Shown one piece after another: positions 8,883 through 17,890 of a stretch of DNA of 53,326 bases; within the stretch, counting starts at the first letter, position 1; the number at the start of each line of letters is the position of its first letter. The translations under genes and the position numbers were made by a program. The notes beneath the pieces are model-generated. The model was not told the DNA's origin. It saw only the letters and a program-made list of their open reading frames with translations, and did not search any database. Source of the stretch: an uncultured Selenomonadaceae bacterium (GTDB lineage: Bacteria; Bacillota; Negativicutes; Selenomonadales; Selenomonadaceae). The stretch is taken from positions 1-53,326 of the forward strand of contig CAJOIA010000005.1 of the NCBI GenBank assembly GCA_905234505.1. The letters are read 5' to 3'.

Positions 8883-9911
8883 TTACACAAGCATATCATC
8901 ATTCTTACCGCGCGAGATAACAATTTCGCCTCTGTCTTCAAGCGACCGGATAATATTAACAACCTTCATTTGCGCTTCTTCGACGTCACGAATTTTAACC
9001 GGTCCCATATATGAAAGTTCCTCTTTGAGCATATCGGCGGCACGTTTCGACATATTCTTGAAGATTTTATTGGTAACATCGTCGGTAGTAGCCTTCATTG
9101 CCAGCGATAAATCTTTGGTATCGACTTGACGCAAAACCAACTGCATTGAGCGGTCGTCCAAAAGTACAACGTCTTCGAATACGAACATAAGTTTCTTAAT
9201 TTCTTCAGCGAGTTCTGGATCATCAACTTCGAGCGATTCAACGATAGCTTTTTCAGTGGTACGGTCTACGCGGTTCAAAACTTCGACAATAGCAGGAACA
9301 CCGCCAGCTGTTGTAAAGTCTTGCGTCAACATTGAAGAAATCTTGCGCTCTAAAACGCGCTCTACTTCACGAATAACATCCGGCGAAGTTCTATCCATCA
9401 TTGCAATTCTTTTCGCAACGTCAGCTTGCATTTCTGTTGATAAGCCGGTCATAATAATTGCGGCTTGGTCCGGCTCAAGATACGCCATTACCAGCGCTAT
9501 TGTCTGCGGGTGCTCATTTTGGATAAAGTTTAAAAGCTGAGACGGATCAATTTTGCGTAGGAAATCGAATGGGCGAACCTGCAAGCTGGTTGTTAAGCGG
9601 TTCAAAATGCCCATCGCTCTATCAGCACCAAGCGCTTTCTCCAAAACATTTTGAGCGTATTCCAAACCGCCGGTTGAAATATAATCATTCGCCATAGCCA
9701 TTTGATAAAATTCACTGATAACGGCGGCTTTTTGCTCAGCGCTGACCTGCTTGTTATTGGCAATTTCCAGCGTGATGCTTTCAATTTCGTCGTCGTCAAG
9801 ATGTTCAAAAAGTTTAGCAGCATATTCGCCGCCTACCGCGATAAAAAGTATGGCGGCTTTTTCGTGTGCAGTCATATCCCGCGAATCGCCGTACATATCA
9901 TCTCTTGGCAT
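8883..9911 (-). CDS. fliG: Flagellar motor switch protein FliG
   Basis: 342 aa with full-length FliG-like sequence. RBS AAGGAGGA. Sits in a fliE-fliF-fliG context. Confidence 0.95.
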   Translation of the reverse strand: MPRDDMYGDSRDMTAHEKAAILFIAVGGEYAAKLFEHLDDDEIESITLEIANNKQVSAEQKAAVISEFYQMAMANDYISTGGLEYAQNVLEKALGADRAMGILNRLTTSLQVRPFDFLRKIDPSQLLNFIQNEHPQTIALVMAYLEPDQAAIIMTGLSTEMQADVAKRIAMMDRTSPDVIREVERVLERKISSMLTQDFTTAGGVPAIVEVLNRVDRTTEKAIVESLEVDDPELAEEIKKLMFVFEDVVLLDDRSMQLVLRQVDTKDLSLAMKATTDDVTNKIFKNMSKRAADMLKEELSYMGPVKIRDVEEAQMKVVNIIRSLEDRGEIVISRGKNDDMLV

Positions 9912-9996
9912 AATAATTCCTCCTTAAAATAAAAGCAAAAAGATGGACGGTAAAGCAACTATCCATCTTTCAGCCAATAAATTTTTTAGTATTTGA

Positions 9997-11619
9997 TTAA
10001 TCGTCCTCAGCAAGCCACGTTTTAATAAGCATTGCGACATCAGCCGGTTTTTCTTCAATGAGTTTAAGAATTGCCTTCTTTTCGTCGCGTTGCTGCTTTT
10101 CTTCAGGAGTAAGGCTATCTTCTGGAATGGCTTCAACCTCAACTTGTTTAGCGCGTTCCTCTTCTTCACGACGGCGGCGCTCTTCTTCGGCGGCTTTGCG
10201 CTCTTCCTCAGCAATTCGCCTTGCTTCTTCAATGGCTTCGCGTTCCTGCTGTTTCTTGCGACGGTGCATCAAGAAACCGCCCAAAAGCATAGCTAGCAGT
10301 AAAATTAATGCTCCAATTTCCATGTAAAGGATCCTATCATTGCGCTCGCGAACCGCTTCTTCTTCAGCGATTTGCCTATCGCGTTTTTCAGTACTAAACG
10401 GCAACAATTCAACTGAAACCGTATCGCCGCGACTTTCATTGATACCCGCAGCGGAGCTAACTACTCTTAACAAACTTTCTTGCTGTGTTTCGGTAATTGT
10501 GTCATTAACCAAAACTGCAACATTCAAGCGGCGTATCGAACCAGGCGACGCCACAATTTTTTGATTTTCTTCATTGACTTCATAATTTCTAGTTGACTCT
10601 TTGCGCTCGTATTCCGCATTGGCATTTCTGTCTTCGGCAACGTAGCCAGGAATATTACCTTGCACACCTGCCGGTCCGCCTGGAATATTTGATTGTCCAT
10701 TGTAAGATTCGCTGATATCCTGTTGACTGCGAATAATTCCCGCTTCGTCAACAACCGGCGTGAAAGTTTGTCTGTCAATTGCGCGCGAATCAAAATCTAA
10801 TTCGACACTTACCCGCACAAATGCATTACCTTCACCAAGCGTATTATCAAGCATTGTTTGAATATTATGCTGCAGGTGGTCGCGAACGCGTTTAGTCATT
10901 TCAATTTGCGTCAAAGCCTGCAAATTCAGTTTTTGGTCTCTCAAAACATCTTCGTCGTCTTGCTCATTAAGAATATTTCCAGCTTCGTCAACAATTGTGA
11001 CATTTTCAGGCAAAAGTCCTTGAATACTGTGACTGACTAAATTAACAATGCCCTTAACTTCAGGCTGTGTAAGTTGCATTTCCGGACGCAGCATTAACAT
11101 GATCGAAGCCGTTGCTGGTTTTTCGTTTTTCTTGTAAAGACTATCTTCAGGCAGTACGATATGCACGCGCGCTTTTTGCACTGAATCAATTTGTTCAATC
11201 GTGCGTGTCAATTCGCCCTGCAACGCCTGCAAATAATTAACCTTGTTCTGAAACTCGGTCACGCCAAGTTTGCTATCGTCAAAGAGCTCAAAACCTTTAT
11301 TGCCACGCGGCAAGCCACTTACCGCTAAATCCAATCTGATGTCGTGAACCTGCGTTGCTGGTACATAAATTGTTGTTCCGCGCTTATCTTCGGAAATTTG
11401 ATATTGCACTCCAGCTTCTTTCAGGCTGTTAACAACATCGCCGGCGTCCTTTGCCTCCAAGTTTGTATATAACGGAACATAATCGGGCTTGCTGCCGTAC
11501 CAATAACTAATTCCGACAATTCCCAGTAAAATTGCCACTATTACGCCTATGGCAATGTAGCGTTGTCTTTTGGTGTACCTATTCCATAATTCTTGGAATC
11601 GCTCTTTCCAAGCCTCCAA
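9997..11619 (-). CDS. fliF: Flagellar MS-ring protein FliF
   Basis: 540 aa with an N-terminal TM segment, YscJ/FliF domain, C-terminal TM segment and a charged tail. TTG start. Confidence 0.95.
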   Translation of the reverse strand: MEAWKERFQELWNRYTKRQRYIAIGVIVAILLGIVGISYWYGSKPDYVPLYTNLEAKDAGDVVNSLKEAGVQYQISEDKRGTTIYVPATQVHDIRLDLAVSGLPRGNKGFELFDDSKLGVTEFQNKVNYLQALQGELTRTIEQIDSVQKARVHIVLPEDSLYKKNEKPATASIMLMLRPEMQLTQPEVKGIVNLVSHSIQGLLPENVTIVDEAGNILNEQDDEDVLRDQKLNLQALTQIEMTKRVRDHLQHNIQTMLDNTLGEGNAFVRVSVELDFDSRAIDRQTFTPVVDEAGIIRSQQDISESYNGQSNIPGGPAGVQGNIPGYVAEDRNANAEYERKESTRNYEVNEENQKIVASPGSIRRLNVAVLVNDTITETQQESLLRVVSSAAGINESRGDTVSVELLPFSTEKRDRQIAEEEAVRERNDRILYMEIGALILLLAMLLGGFLMHRRKKQQEREAIEEARRIAEEERKAAEEERRRREEEERAKQVEVEAIPEDSLTPEEKQQRDEKKAILKLIEEKPADVAMLIKTWLAEDD

Positions 11620-11679
11620 TTCATACTCAGTCCCCTCGCGTCGTCCTTGTTTATTTTAATTCTATCCATGACAATGAAA

Positions 11680-11985
11680 TTATACCTGCATGCGCATAAT
11701 CTCTTGATACGCAGAGGTCGCTCGGTTTCTTAGCTGAAGTGTCAGCTGTATGGCAATTTCCGCTTTTTGCGCCGCCACTACCACTTGCGATATGTCTTCA
11801 ACTCTGCCTGCCGCCAATGCCGCATTTAATTTATCGGATTCAAGCTGAAGTTCGTTAGTCTTTTTCACGGCGTCAATCAAAACTTCGCCAAACGTTTTTA
11901 TCGGTTCGTCGACTTGCTTTGATTCGCCAAGATGGCTATGTGCGCTCATTTTTACTGGCGTCAATTCCAGTGGTGTTATCTCCAT
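11680..11985 (-). CDS. fliE: Flagellar hook-basal body protein FliE
   Basis: The C-terminus ...AYQEIMRMQV is typical of FliE. The start is taken at the ATG at 11985, after AAGAGGAGTGA. Confidence 0.85.
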   Translation of the reverse strand: MEITPLELTPVKMSAHSHLGESKQVDEPIKTFGEVLIDAVKKTNELQLESDKLNAALAAGRVEDISQVVVAAQKAEIAIQLTLQLRNRATSAYQEIMRMQV

Positions 11986-12133
11986 CTCATCACTCCTCTT
12001 AAAAAATTCACATAACACATTAATAATAGCTAAAAAAATTAAAACCGATAAAAGCCGCAATTATTATAACAGCTTGAAAAATAATTGCCATAGAAATTTT
12101 GATTTTATATACGTTGAAAACTAAAAAAATTTT

Positions 12134-12583
12134 TTAACGTCCAATTTCCAGAGCTTTTAACGCCATAGTCTTAGCCGCGTTAATTGCCGCTGTATTCGCT
12201 TCATATGCGCGGTGAGCCGTTATCATGTCGACCATTTCAGTGACGATATTAACATTTGGCTTTTCGACGTAACCGTCAGCATTAGCGTCGGGGTGACCAG
12301 GATCGTAAACCATTGGACCTTGTTCGGTATCTTCAACGATTGAAACTGCGCGCACGCCTTCACCGACAGATTTGCCCGCGCCGGTTGCCTTTTGAAGAGC
12401 TGCTTCAAAGCTCATTGGTTGACGTTCACGCGGATTGAAAACAACGTAGCGCCTGTGATAAGCGCCGCCGTCCGCCGTGCGTGTGGTATTTGCATTGGCG
12501 ATATTATTTGAAATTACGTCCATTCTCAAGCGTTCAGCCGTCAAGCCTGACGCGGACGTATCAATTCCTAAAAACATACCCAT
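12134..12583 (-). CDS. flgC: Flagellar basal-body rod protein FlgC
   Basis: Contains SASGLTAERLRMDVISNNIANANTTRT and a rod C-terminal domain. RBS AAAGGAG. Confidence 0.95.
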   Translation of the reverse strand: MGMFLGIDTSASGLTAERLRMDVISNNIANANTTRTADGGAYHRRYVVFNPRERQPMSFEAALQKATGAGKSVGEGVRAVSIVEDTEQGPMVYDPGHPDANADGYVEKPNVNIVTEMVDMITAHRAYEANTAAINAAKTMALKALEIGR

Positions 12584-12607
12584 GAAAAAGCTCCTTTCAG
12601 TCGCTTT

Positions 12608-12683
12608 TTAGGGATTAGTGGAAAGGGTATAGCGAATAGTGATTAAAAACTAGCCCCTTGCCCCTATTCCCTAGCCCCTAATC
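12608..12683. repeat. Heptad-periodic palindromic intercistronic element (G/C-rich variant)
   Basis: Sequence: ttaggga ttagtgg aaagggt atagcga atagtga, loop ttaaaaac, then tagcccc ttgcccc tattccc tagcccc taatc. It fills the flgB-flgC gap, and the flgB stop TAG (12678-12680) lies inside it. Confidence 0.8.
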
Positions 12684-13088
12684 AGCTTTGTCCGCCGCTG
12701 GTAAGCCGCTAAGTTGCGTGGCAAGCGCGTTGTAATAAATCTGATTTTTCGCCAGCGTCGCCATTTCAATATCAATATCAACGTTATTATCGTCTTTGCG
12801 CATCATTGTCGTATTGTCCAAAACAACGCTGGGCTCTGCGCGAGAAATGATAACTTTTGGCGGCAAATGTTTATCGTGAGTACGAAACATCTGCAATTTG
12901 CCTTCCGGCGCTTTTTCGCCATAAAGTTCTTTAGCTAATAACTCTTCAAATTCGACGTTGGATTTGCGGAAATTCGGCGTATTAACATTGGCGATATTAT
13001 TTGAAACAACTTCTTGGCGCATGCTCGCCGCCGTCAAACCGCGTGGCAGATAATTAAAATTCGACGAACTTAAAATCTGTTCCAGCAT
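12678..13088 (-). CDS. flgB: Flagellar basal-body rod protein FlgB
   Basis: Contains LTAASMRQEVVSNNIANVNTPNF. The start is taken at the ATG at 13088, after AGGTGA. Confidence 0.9.
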   Translation of the reverse strand: MLEQILSSSNFNYLPRGLTAASMRQEVVSNNIANVNTPNFRKSNVEFEELLAKELYGEKAPEGKLQMFRTHDKHLPPKVIISRAEPSVVLDNTTMMRKDDNNVDIDIEMATLAKNQIYYNALATQLSGLPAADKAD

Positions 13089-13127
13089 AAACTTCACCTG
13101 CTTTAAAAAACTATTTTTCGCACCAAA

Positions 13128-13157
13128 ATTCTACGAAGTTATGCGAAAATCCTTCAA
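13128..13157 (-). promoter_or_regulatory. Candidate sigma70 promoter of the flgB operon
   Basis: Reverse strand reads TTGAAG-N18-TAGAAT, about 35 nt upstream of the flgB start. Confidence 0.3.
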
Positions 13158-13184
13158 TTTACGAAGAAAATTCACATTGCCGAT

Positions 13185-14797
13185 TTATTTAAAAATACCA
13201 ATTTTGCTCAAAATCTTTACCGCGATTCTGCCAATCATCGGAATTTGTTGCATATCTTCTTTGCGCATACCGCCGAAAAGCGCCACCGCCGCGATATAAA
13301 CCGCGCAGCCGACAAATACCGCTCCGAAAGTCGAAATAACTTCAATGTGCCATTCAGCCATCGTCAACTCATAGAAAAATTTAACCACGACCGCCATAAC
13401 GCCCGCCGCGCAAATCGTTTTGAAAAGCTGCCCGAGTTCCATCTTGTAGCCGATATATTTATGAATAAAGTACAAATTGATAAAAGCAGCCACGCCCATA
13501 TCCGCCGCCGTCGCCCAAGCCGCACCCATTATTCCGAATGCCGGCAGAGCCGTTAAATGCCAGTTCAAAAAAACTTTAGACGCCGCTGCTAATATCATAT
13601 TCACCATTGGAATTGTTGTGTGACCTAAACCTTGCAAGACGCCCGTTGAAACTTGGTGAAGTCCCAGCAAAATTATCGATACCGCCGAAATCATTACTGC
13701 TGGTCCTGCGCCTGGTGCGTTGTAAATCAAGCTGGAAATTGGCGTTGCTAAGAAAAATACTACCACGAACGCCGGAAAGCATACAAAGTTTGAAATTCTT
13801 ACAGCCGCCGCAGTTTGATTATAAATTCTGTCGGTTTGTTTCAAGGCGCGCGCTTCGGAAATTGCCGGTACGATTGAAACCGCCAATGACGCCGTTAAAA
13901 TCGTTGCCAAATTTATTAGCGGCACTGCCATTCCGTTTAAATATCCGAATAACTCTGTCGCCTGCCTCACCGAATAGCCCGCCACTTCCAAACGCTGCGG
14001 CACGATCATTAAATCCAAATTCGACACAACCGGCAACATTATTGACGCCGCCGATACCGGCAATGCTAAGACGAAAATTCGTTTGATGATTGAAATTGTC
14101 GACTCGGAAGCTGATTGTGCTGTTGGTTGCAAATTTGCGCCGTATTTAAATTCAATTTCCTTGTTTAATTTCATGTGGAAGTAAACTAAAACCATTAAGC
14201 CGGTAACTGCGCCCGCCAATGCGCCTAAACTTGCGCCCGCTGCCGCATAGTCCAATCCCCACGGCAATAATAAATCGGCTAAGACTATCATCGTTATGAC
14301 GCGGAAAATTTGCTCGACAATCTGGCTGACTGCGGTTGGCGTCATTCGTTGCCAGCCCTGTAAATATCCTCTTGACGCCGCTAAAAATGTTACGAAGAAA
14401 ACCGTTGGCGCTAAAACCACCACTGACATATAGGCTCGCGCGTCTCGTATGAATTGCCATTCGATTAACCAGCTTGCCGAAAAAAAATTATTCCGGTTAA
14501 AAGCATTAGCGCCATTGAGATTCTGAAAACGCGTTTTGCGCCGAAAATGTCATTAAGTGCGACGCGCTCCGCAGTGATAATTGAAATTGCTACAGGTACG
14601 CCTGCCTGCGAAACCGTCATTGCAAAAAAATAAATTGGGAACGCCATTTGATAAAGCCCGATGCCTTCGCCGCCCAATATTCGCGATACAAATATCCAAT
14701 TCAGCGAGCCAATTACTTTAACGACGAAACTTGCTATCGTCAAAATCATTGTGCCCTTGAGAAATTTTTCATTGCCGGTTGATTTTGTTTCCGCCAT
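13185..14797 (-). pseudogene. MOP-superfamily flippase (SpoVB/YtgP/MurJ-like), frame broken at an 8-nt homopolymer
   Basis: N-terminal ORF 14465..14797 ends ...LLTGIIFF. ORF 13185..14429 continues the same family in the -1 frame. The junction is A8 on the plus strand (14480-14487), which is U8 in the mRNA. One extra U would restore ...IIFFSASWLIEWQFIRDARAYMSVVVLAPTVFF... Confidence 0.8.
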
Positions 14798-14819
14798 TAC
14801 TGCCTATTACACCGCCTAG

Positions 14820-14848
14820 TTGCAAAAAAATTTAGTCAAAGTTATAAT
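14820..14848 (+). promoter_or_regulatory. sigma70 promoter of the GalT-like gene
   Basis: TTGCAA (14820-14825), 17-nt spacer, TATAAT (14843-14848). Confidence 0.5.
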
Positions 14849-14921
14849 GAATTATAGCATTTTTGGCGCGGCTTTGTATATTAATTTTTGAAAGTTTTAT
14901 GAAATGTGGAGCGTGGGCGTC

Positions 14922-15704
14922 ATGAATTTCAATTTGATAAAATTTAACACGGACATTGGCAAAACTAAACCGGAAAATATTGTTCACACGGAAAACGCCT
15001 GCCCATTTTGTGATGTGAAACATTTGACAAATATTTTAGACACGGACGGCGATATTATTTTTCTGCGCAATAAATATCCGGTGATTGAGGGCGCTGATTT
15101 ATTTGTGCTGATTGAGGGCAAGGACTGCGATATTGATATGCCGAAATATAGTCGTGAGCATATGCGCCGCGTGATTCGGATGGGAATTAAGCATTGGAAT
15201 GAACTTTTGAATTGCGGCAAGTATGAGGAAGTTTTATTTTTTAAAAATTTTGGTCCGATGTCTGGCGGCACGATTAAACACCCGCACATGCAGATTGTTG
15301 GATTTCCGAAGTTAAAATCTGAATTACTTTTTGAAGTTGAGGAATTGCGCGGGCTGGTCATTGCTAAGGAAAATGGCGTTGAGTTGAATGTATCGAATTG
15401 TCCGCGCGTAGGTTTCGGCGAATTGAATGTTGTTTGCGAGAGTGGCGGCGATATTGATACACTTGCTGATTTTTTGCAGATTGGCATACATTATCTGATG
15501 AATTTTTTCCGCAAGAGTTTAAGCAGTTATAATATTTTTTTCTATCGTCGCGCAGGAATTATTTATGCGAAAATGATGCCGCGCTTTGCAACTTCGCCGT
15601 ATTTTGTCGGGTACAATGTACATTTTCTGCCGCGCAATATTCCGCAGATTGCCGATGAAGTTTATAAAATTTATTTCAAAGAGAAGCTCGTGGTTTTCGA
15701 TTAA
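14922..15704 (+). CDS. HIT-superfamily, GalT-like nucleotidyltransferase (DUF4931-like)
   Basis: Contains a CPFC zinc knuckle and the HPHMQ (HxHxQ) motif of the GalT branch. The start is taken at the ATG at 14922, after GGAG. Confidence 0.65.
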   Translation: MNFNLIKFNTDIGKTKPENIVHTENACPFCDVKHLTNILDTDGDIIFLRNKYPVIEGADLFVLIEGKDCDIDMPKYSREHMRRVIRMGIKHWNELLNCGKYEEVLFFKNFGPMSGGTIKHPHMQIVGFPKLKSELLFEVEELRGLVIAKENGVELNVSNCPRVGFGELNVVCESGGDIDTLADFLQIGIHYLMNFFRKSLSSYNIFFYRRAGIIYAKMMPRFATSPYFVGYNVHFLPRNIPQIADEVYKIYFKEKLVVFD

Positions 15705-15718
15705 TTTATCTTTCATGA

Positions 15719-15879
15719 TTTGCATTTCTTTCTTTTAGTAAAGAAAGAAACGCTGGCAAAGAAAGAAAACGCAATTTAATTGGTTCCGCGAGATCATCCA
15801 AGAGTGTGAGCGGAAAGGAAAGCAGCCGCGCAAATTTTCAATCCTGAAAATGGCGCGGAGCCGCCCATCCTTGGGCGGC
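15719..15879 (+). repeat. Mosaic structured intergenic repeat, copy B
   Basis: Shares gcatttctttctttt..aaagaaagaaacgc, ggcaaagaaagaaaacg, ccgcgagatca and cagccgcgcaaattttcaatcctgaaaatggcgcgga with copies A and C. Its terminal hairpin is gccgccc-atcctt-gggcggc. Confidence 0.85.
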
Positions 15880-15916
15880 TACCAATGTACTTTTCAGTTT
15901 TGGGAGGGTTAATAAT

Positions 15917-17179
15917 TTGAATTTGGAAAAATCTGATGCCGCATTTATCCGCGCGAAAAAATTAATGCCAGGCGGAGTGAATAGTCCGGTGCGCTCATTT
16001 AGCAACGTCGATTGTACGCCGCCTTTTATTTCGCACGCAAAAGGCAGTCACATTTTCGATATTGACGGCAACGATTATGTTGATTACGTCGGCTCTTGGG
16101 GACCAATGATTTTGGGGCACGCTCATGAACAAGTGGTTGACGCTCTGAAAAAAGCTGTCGAACGCGGCACAAGTTACGGCGCGCCAACTGAACTTGAAAC
16201 GCGATTAGCTGAAATAGTTCAAAAAATTTATCCGAGTATGGAAGTTATGCGCATGGTAAATTCTGGCACTGAAGCAACTATGAGTGCGCTTAGAGTTGCC
16301 CGCGGATTCACCGGTCGCGACAAAATTGTAAAATTTATTGGATGTTATCACGGACACAGCGATAGTTTATTGGTTAATGCCGGTTCAGGCGCGGCGACTT
16401 TCGGCGAGCCTTCCAGTCCTGGCGTAACTGAAAATATCGCGCAGGACACAATCGCTTTACCTTACAATGATATTGCTGCTGTCGAAAAAATTTTTGCTGA
16501 ATGCGGCGAAAAAATTGCTTGCGTGATTGTCGAGCCAATTGCTGGTAATATGGGACTGGTTTTGCCTGAAAATAATTTTTTGCCGGCTCTGCGCGAAGTC
16601 ACTAAAAAATATGGCGCGCTGTTGATTTTCGATGAAGTTATGTGCGGTTTCAGAAATAATGTGCAGGCGCAAAAGCCGGATTTGACTTGTCTTGGTAAAG
16701 TTATCGGCGGCGGTTTGCCCTGCGCTTGTTATGGCGGTAAAGCTGAAATTATGCGCAATGTTTCGCCCGACGGCAAAATTTATCAAGCCGGAACTTTGAG
16801 CGGCAATCCTCTTGCGATGACTGCCGGTATTGAAACTTTGCAAATTCTGATTGACACGCCTAATTTTATTGAAAATCTTAACGCGAAAACCTCAAAGCTT
16901 GTCGAAGGTCTCAAAAATATTTTCTGCGCGAATGCCCAAGTTCCTCAAGCTGGCTCGATGTTCAGCATATTTTTCACCAATAAAAAAGTTACGAATTACG
17001 CTGACGCTACCGCAGCCAATCAAGAAAAATTTAAGCGCTGGTTTATAAAAATGTTAGAGCGCGGAATTTATCTTGCGCCTTCGCAATTTGAAACGCTTTT
17101 TGTCTCCGCAGCTCATACCGACGCCGATATTGAAAAAACTTTAGCCGCCGCCAAAATTGCTTGCAAGGAGTTGCTTTAA
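15917..17179 (+). CDS. hemL: Glutamate-1-semialdehyde 2,1-aminomutase
   Basis: 420 aa containing [10 protein letters not shown] and a class-III aminotransferase core. TTG start after GGGAGGG. Confidence 0.95.
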   Translation: MNLEKSDAAFIRAKKLMPGGVNSPVRSFSNVDCTPPFISHAKGSHIFDIDGNDYVDYVGSWGPMILGHAHEQVVDALKKAVERGTSYGAPTELETRLAEIVQKIYPSMEVMRMVNSGTEATMSALRVARGFTGRDKIVKFIGCYHGHSDSLLVNAGSGAATFGEPSSPGVTENIAQDTIALPYNDIAAVEKIFAECGEKIACVIVEPIAGNMGLVLPENNFLPALREVTKKYGALLIFDEVMCGFRNNVQAQKPDLTCLGKVIGGGLPCACYGGKAEIMRNVSPDGKIYQAGTLSGNPLAMTAGIETLQILIDTPNFIENLNAKTSKLVEGLKNIFCANAQVPQAGSMFSIFFTNKKVTNYADATAANQEKFKRWFIKMLERGIYLAPSQFETLFVSAAHTDADIEKTLAAAKIACKELL

Positions 17180-17521
17180 TTGCCAGAAGAAAATAAGCCG
17201 GTCACTTTGCAGAAACCGACTAAAAAAATCAAACTCAACTGCGCGATGTGCGGAAAAAAACTTACCGAGAAAGAAGCGCTCGTTCATAAAAATATCAATG
17301 GCGAGCGCGAAATTATTTGTCACGAATGCTTTGAAAAGGCAACCGGCGTTGATTACAAAACTTTTCTGTACCGCCGCGAATCCGCTAAGCAAACGCTTTT
17401 TGCAACTTTATTCTGCCTTGCCGCTACGATTTACGCTTTTATTTATGAAGGTCCAATGTACGGCGTCGCTGGAATTTTCCTCACGATTTTAATTTTCCTA
17501 TTTTCCGCCAAAGTTCGATAA
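17180..17521 (+). CDS. Hypothetical zinc-ribbon membrane protein
   Basis: 113 aa with CxxC...CxxC (CAMCGKK...CHEC) followed by two hydrophobic segments. It abuts the hemL stop. Confidence 0.5.
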   Translation: MPEENKPVTLQKPTKKIKLNCAMCGKKLTEKEALVHKNINGEREIICHECFEKATGVDYKTFLYRRESAKQTLFATLFCLAATIYAFIYEGPMYGVAGIFLTILIFLFSAKVR

Positions 17522-17534
17522 GGAGACAAGCTCT

Positions 17535-17582
17535 ATGTTACCATTATTATTGATCGTGCCTGCGGTAGTTATTCTCGAATAA
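17535..17582 (+). CDS. Candidate 15-codon hydrophobic micro-ORF (MLPLLLIVPAVVILE)
   Basis: AGGAGA at 17521-17526 lies exactly 8 nt upstream of the ATG at 17535. No homology can be judged by eye. Confidence 0.25.
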   Translation: MLPLLLIVPAVVILE

Positions 17583-17662
17583 AACGAGACATTAATATTG
17601 ACAGTAAAATAAAATCTGATAAACTCAGCGGCTTTGAGGTTAACGGTGAAGATTTTAGTGAA

Positions 17663-17890
17663 ATGAAGACAGCAAGTTTCAAAGCTATTGATTTGACGGC
17701 AGGATTAGGCGCCAGTTTAACAGCAGGTACTTTAGCCGCCTGTGGAGCTTTCGGAGCGGCAAATGCAATTGGAATTGCGGAACAGCTTGCCAATAAAATT
17801 AAAATTATTATGGATACGCCATTATTGAACAGCGATGGCAGCTTAAATGAAGAGTCCGATAAAATATTAGCTTTTGATGACGCCAAATGA
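17663..17890 (+). CDS. Hypothetical small Gly/Ala-rich protein (75 aa)
   Basis: Codon usage resembles neighbouring genes. TTGACA-N16-TAAACT lies upstream (17597-17624). The RBS is weak. Its 3' end overlaps the convergent methyltransferase gene by 24 nt. Confidence 0.35.
   Translation: MKTASFKAIDLTAGLGASLTAGTLAACGAFGAANAIGIAEQLANKIKIIMDTPLLNSDGSLNEESDKILAFDDAK

Noticed and set aside
8695-9129. 144-aa plus-strand ORF after the U32 gene (and the 73-aa ORF at 8793..9014)
   Set aside because: It reads through the mosaic repeat and then antisense through the 3' end of fliG. It has no RBS and a low-complexity translation.
9924-10330. K/R/E/S-rich ORFs on both strands overlapping the fliF 3' end
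   Set aside because: They are frame artefacts of the charged FliF tail (EEERKAAEEERRRREEEERAK). fliF itself is full length and conserved.
12608-12683. Heptad arrays as a possible CRISPR array or TRAP-type binding site
   Set aside because: The units are 7 nt with no spacers, so this is not CRISPR. TRAP needs 2-3-nt spacers between (G/U)AG triplets, whereas the spacer here is 4 nt.
14152-14460. 102-aa minus-strand ORF bridging the two SpoVB-like halves
   Set aside because: It is the third frame across the frameshift region. Its translation has no flippase-like hydrophobic pattern. The -1 frame joins the two halves sensibly.
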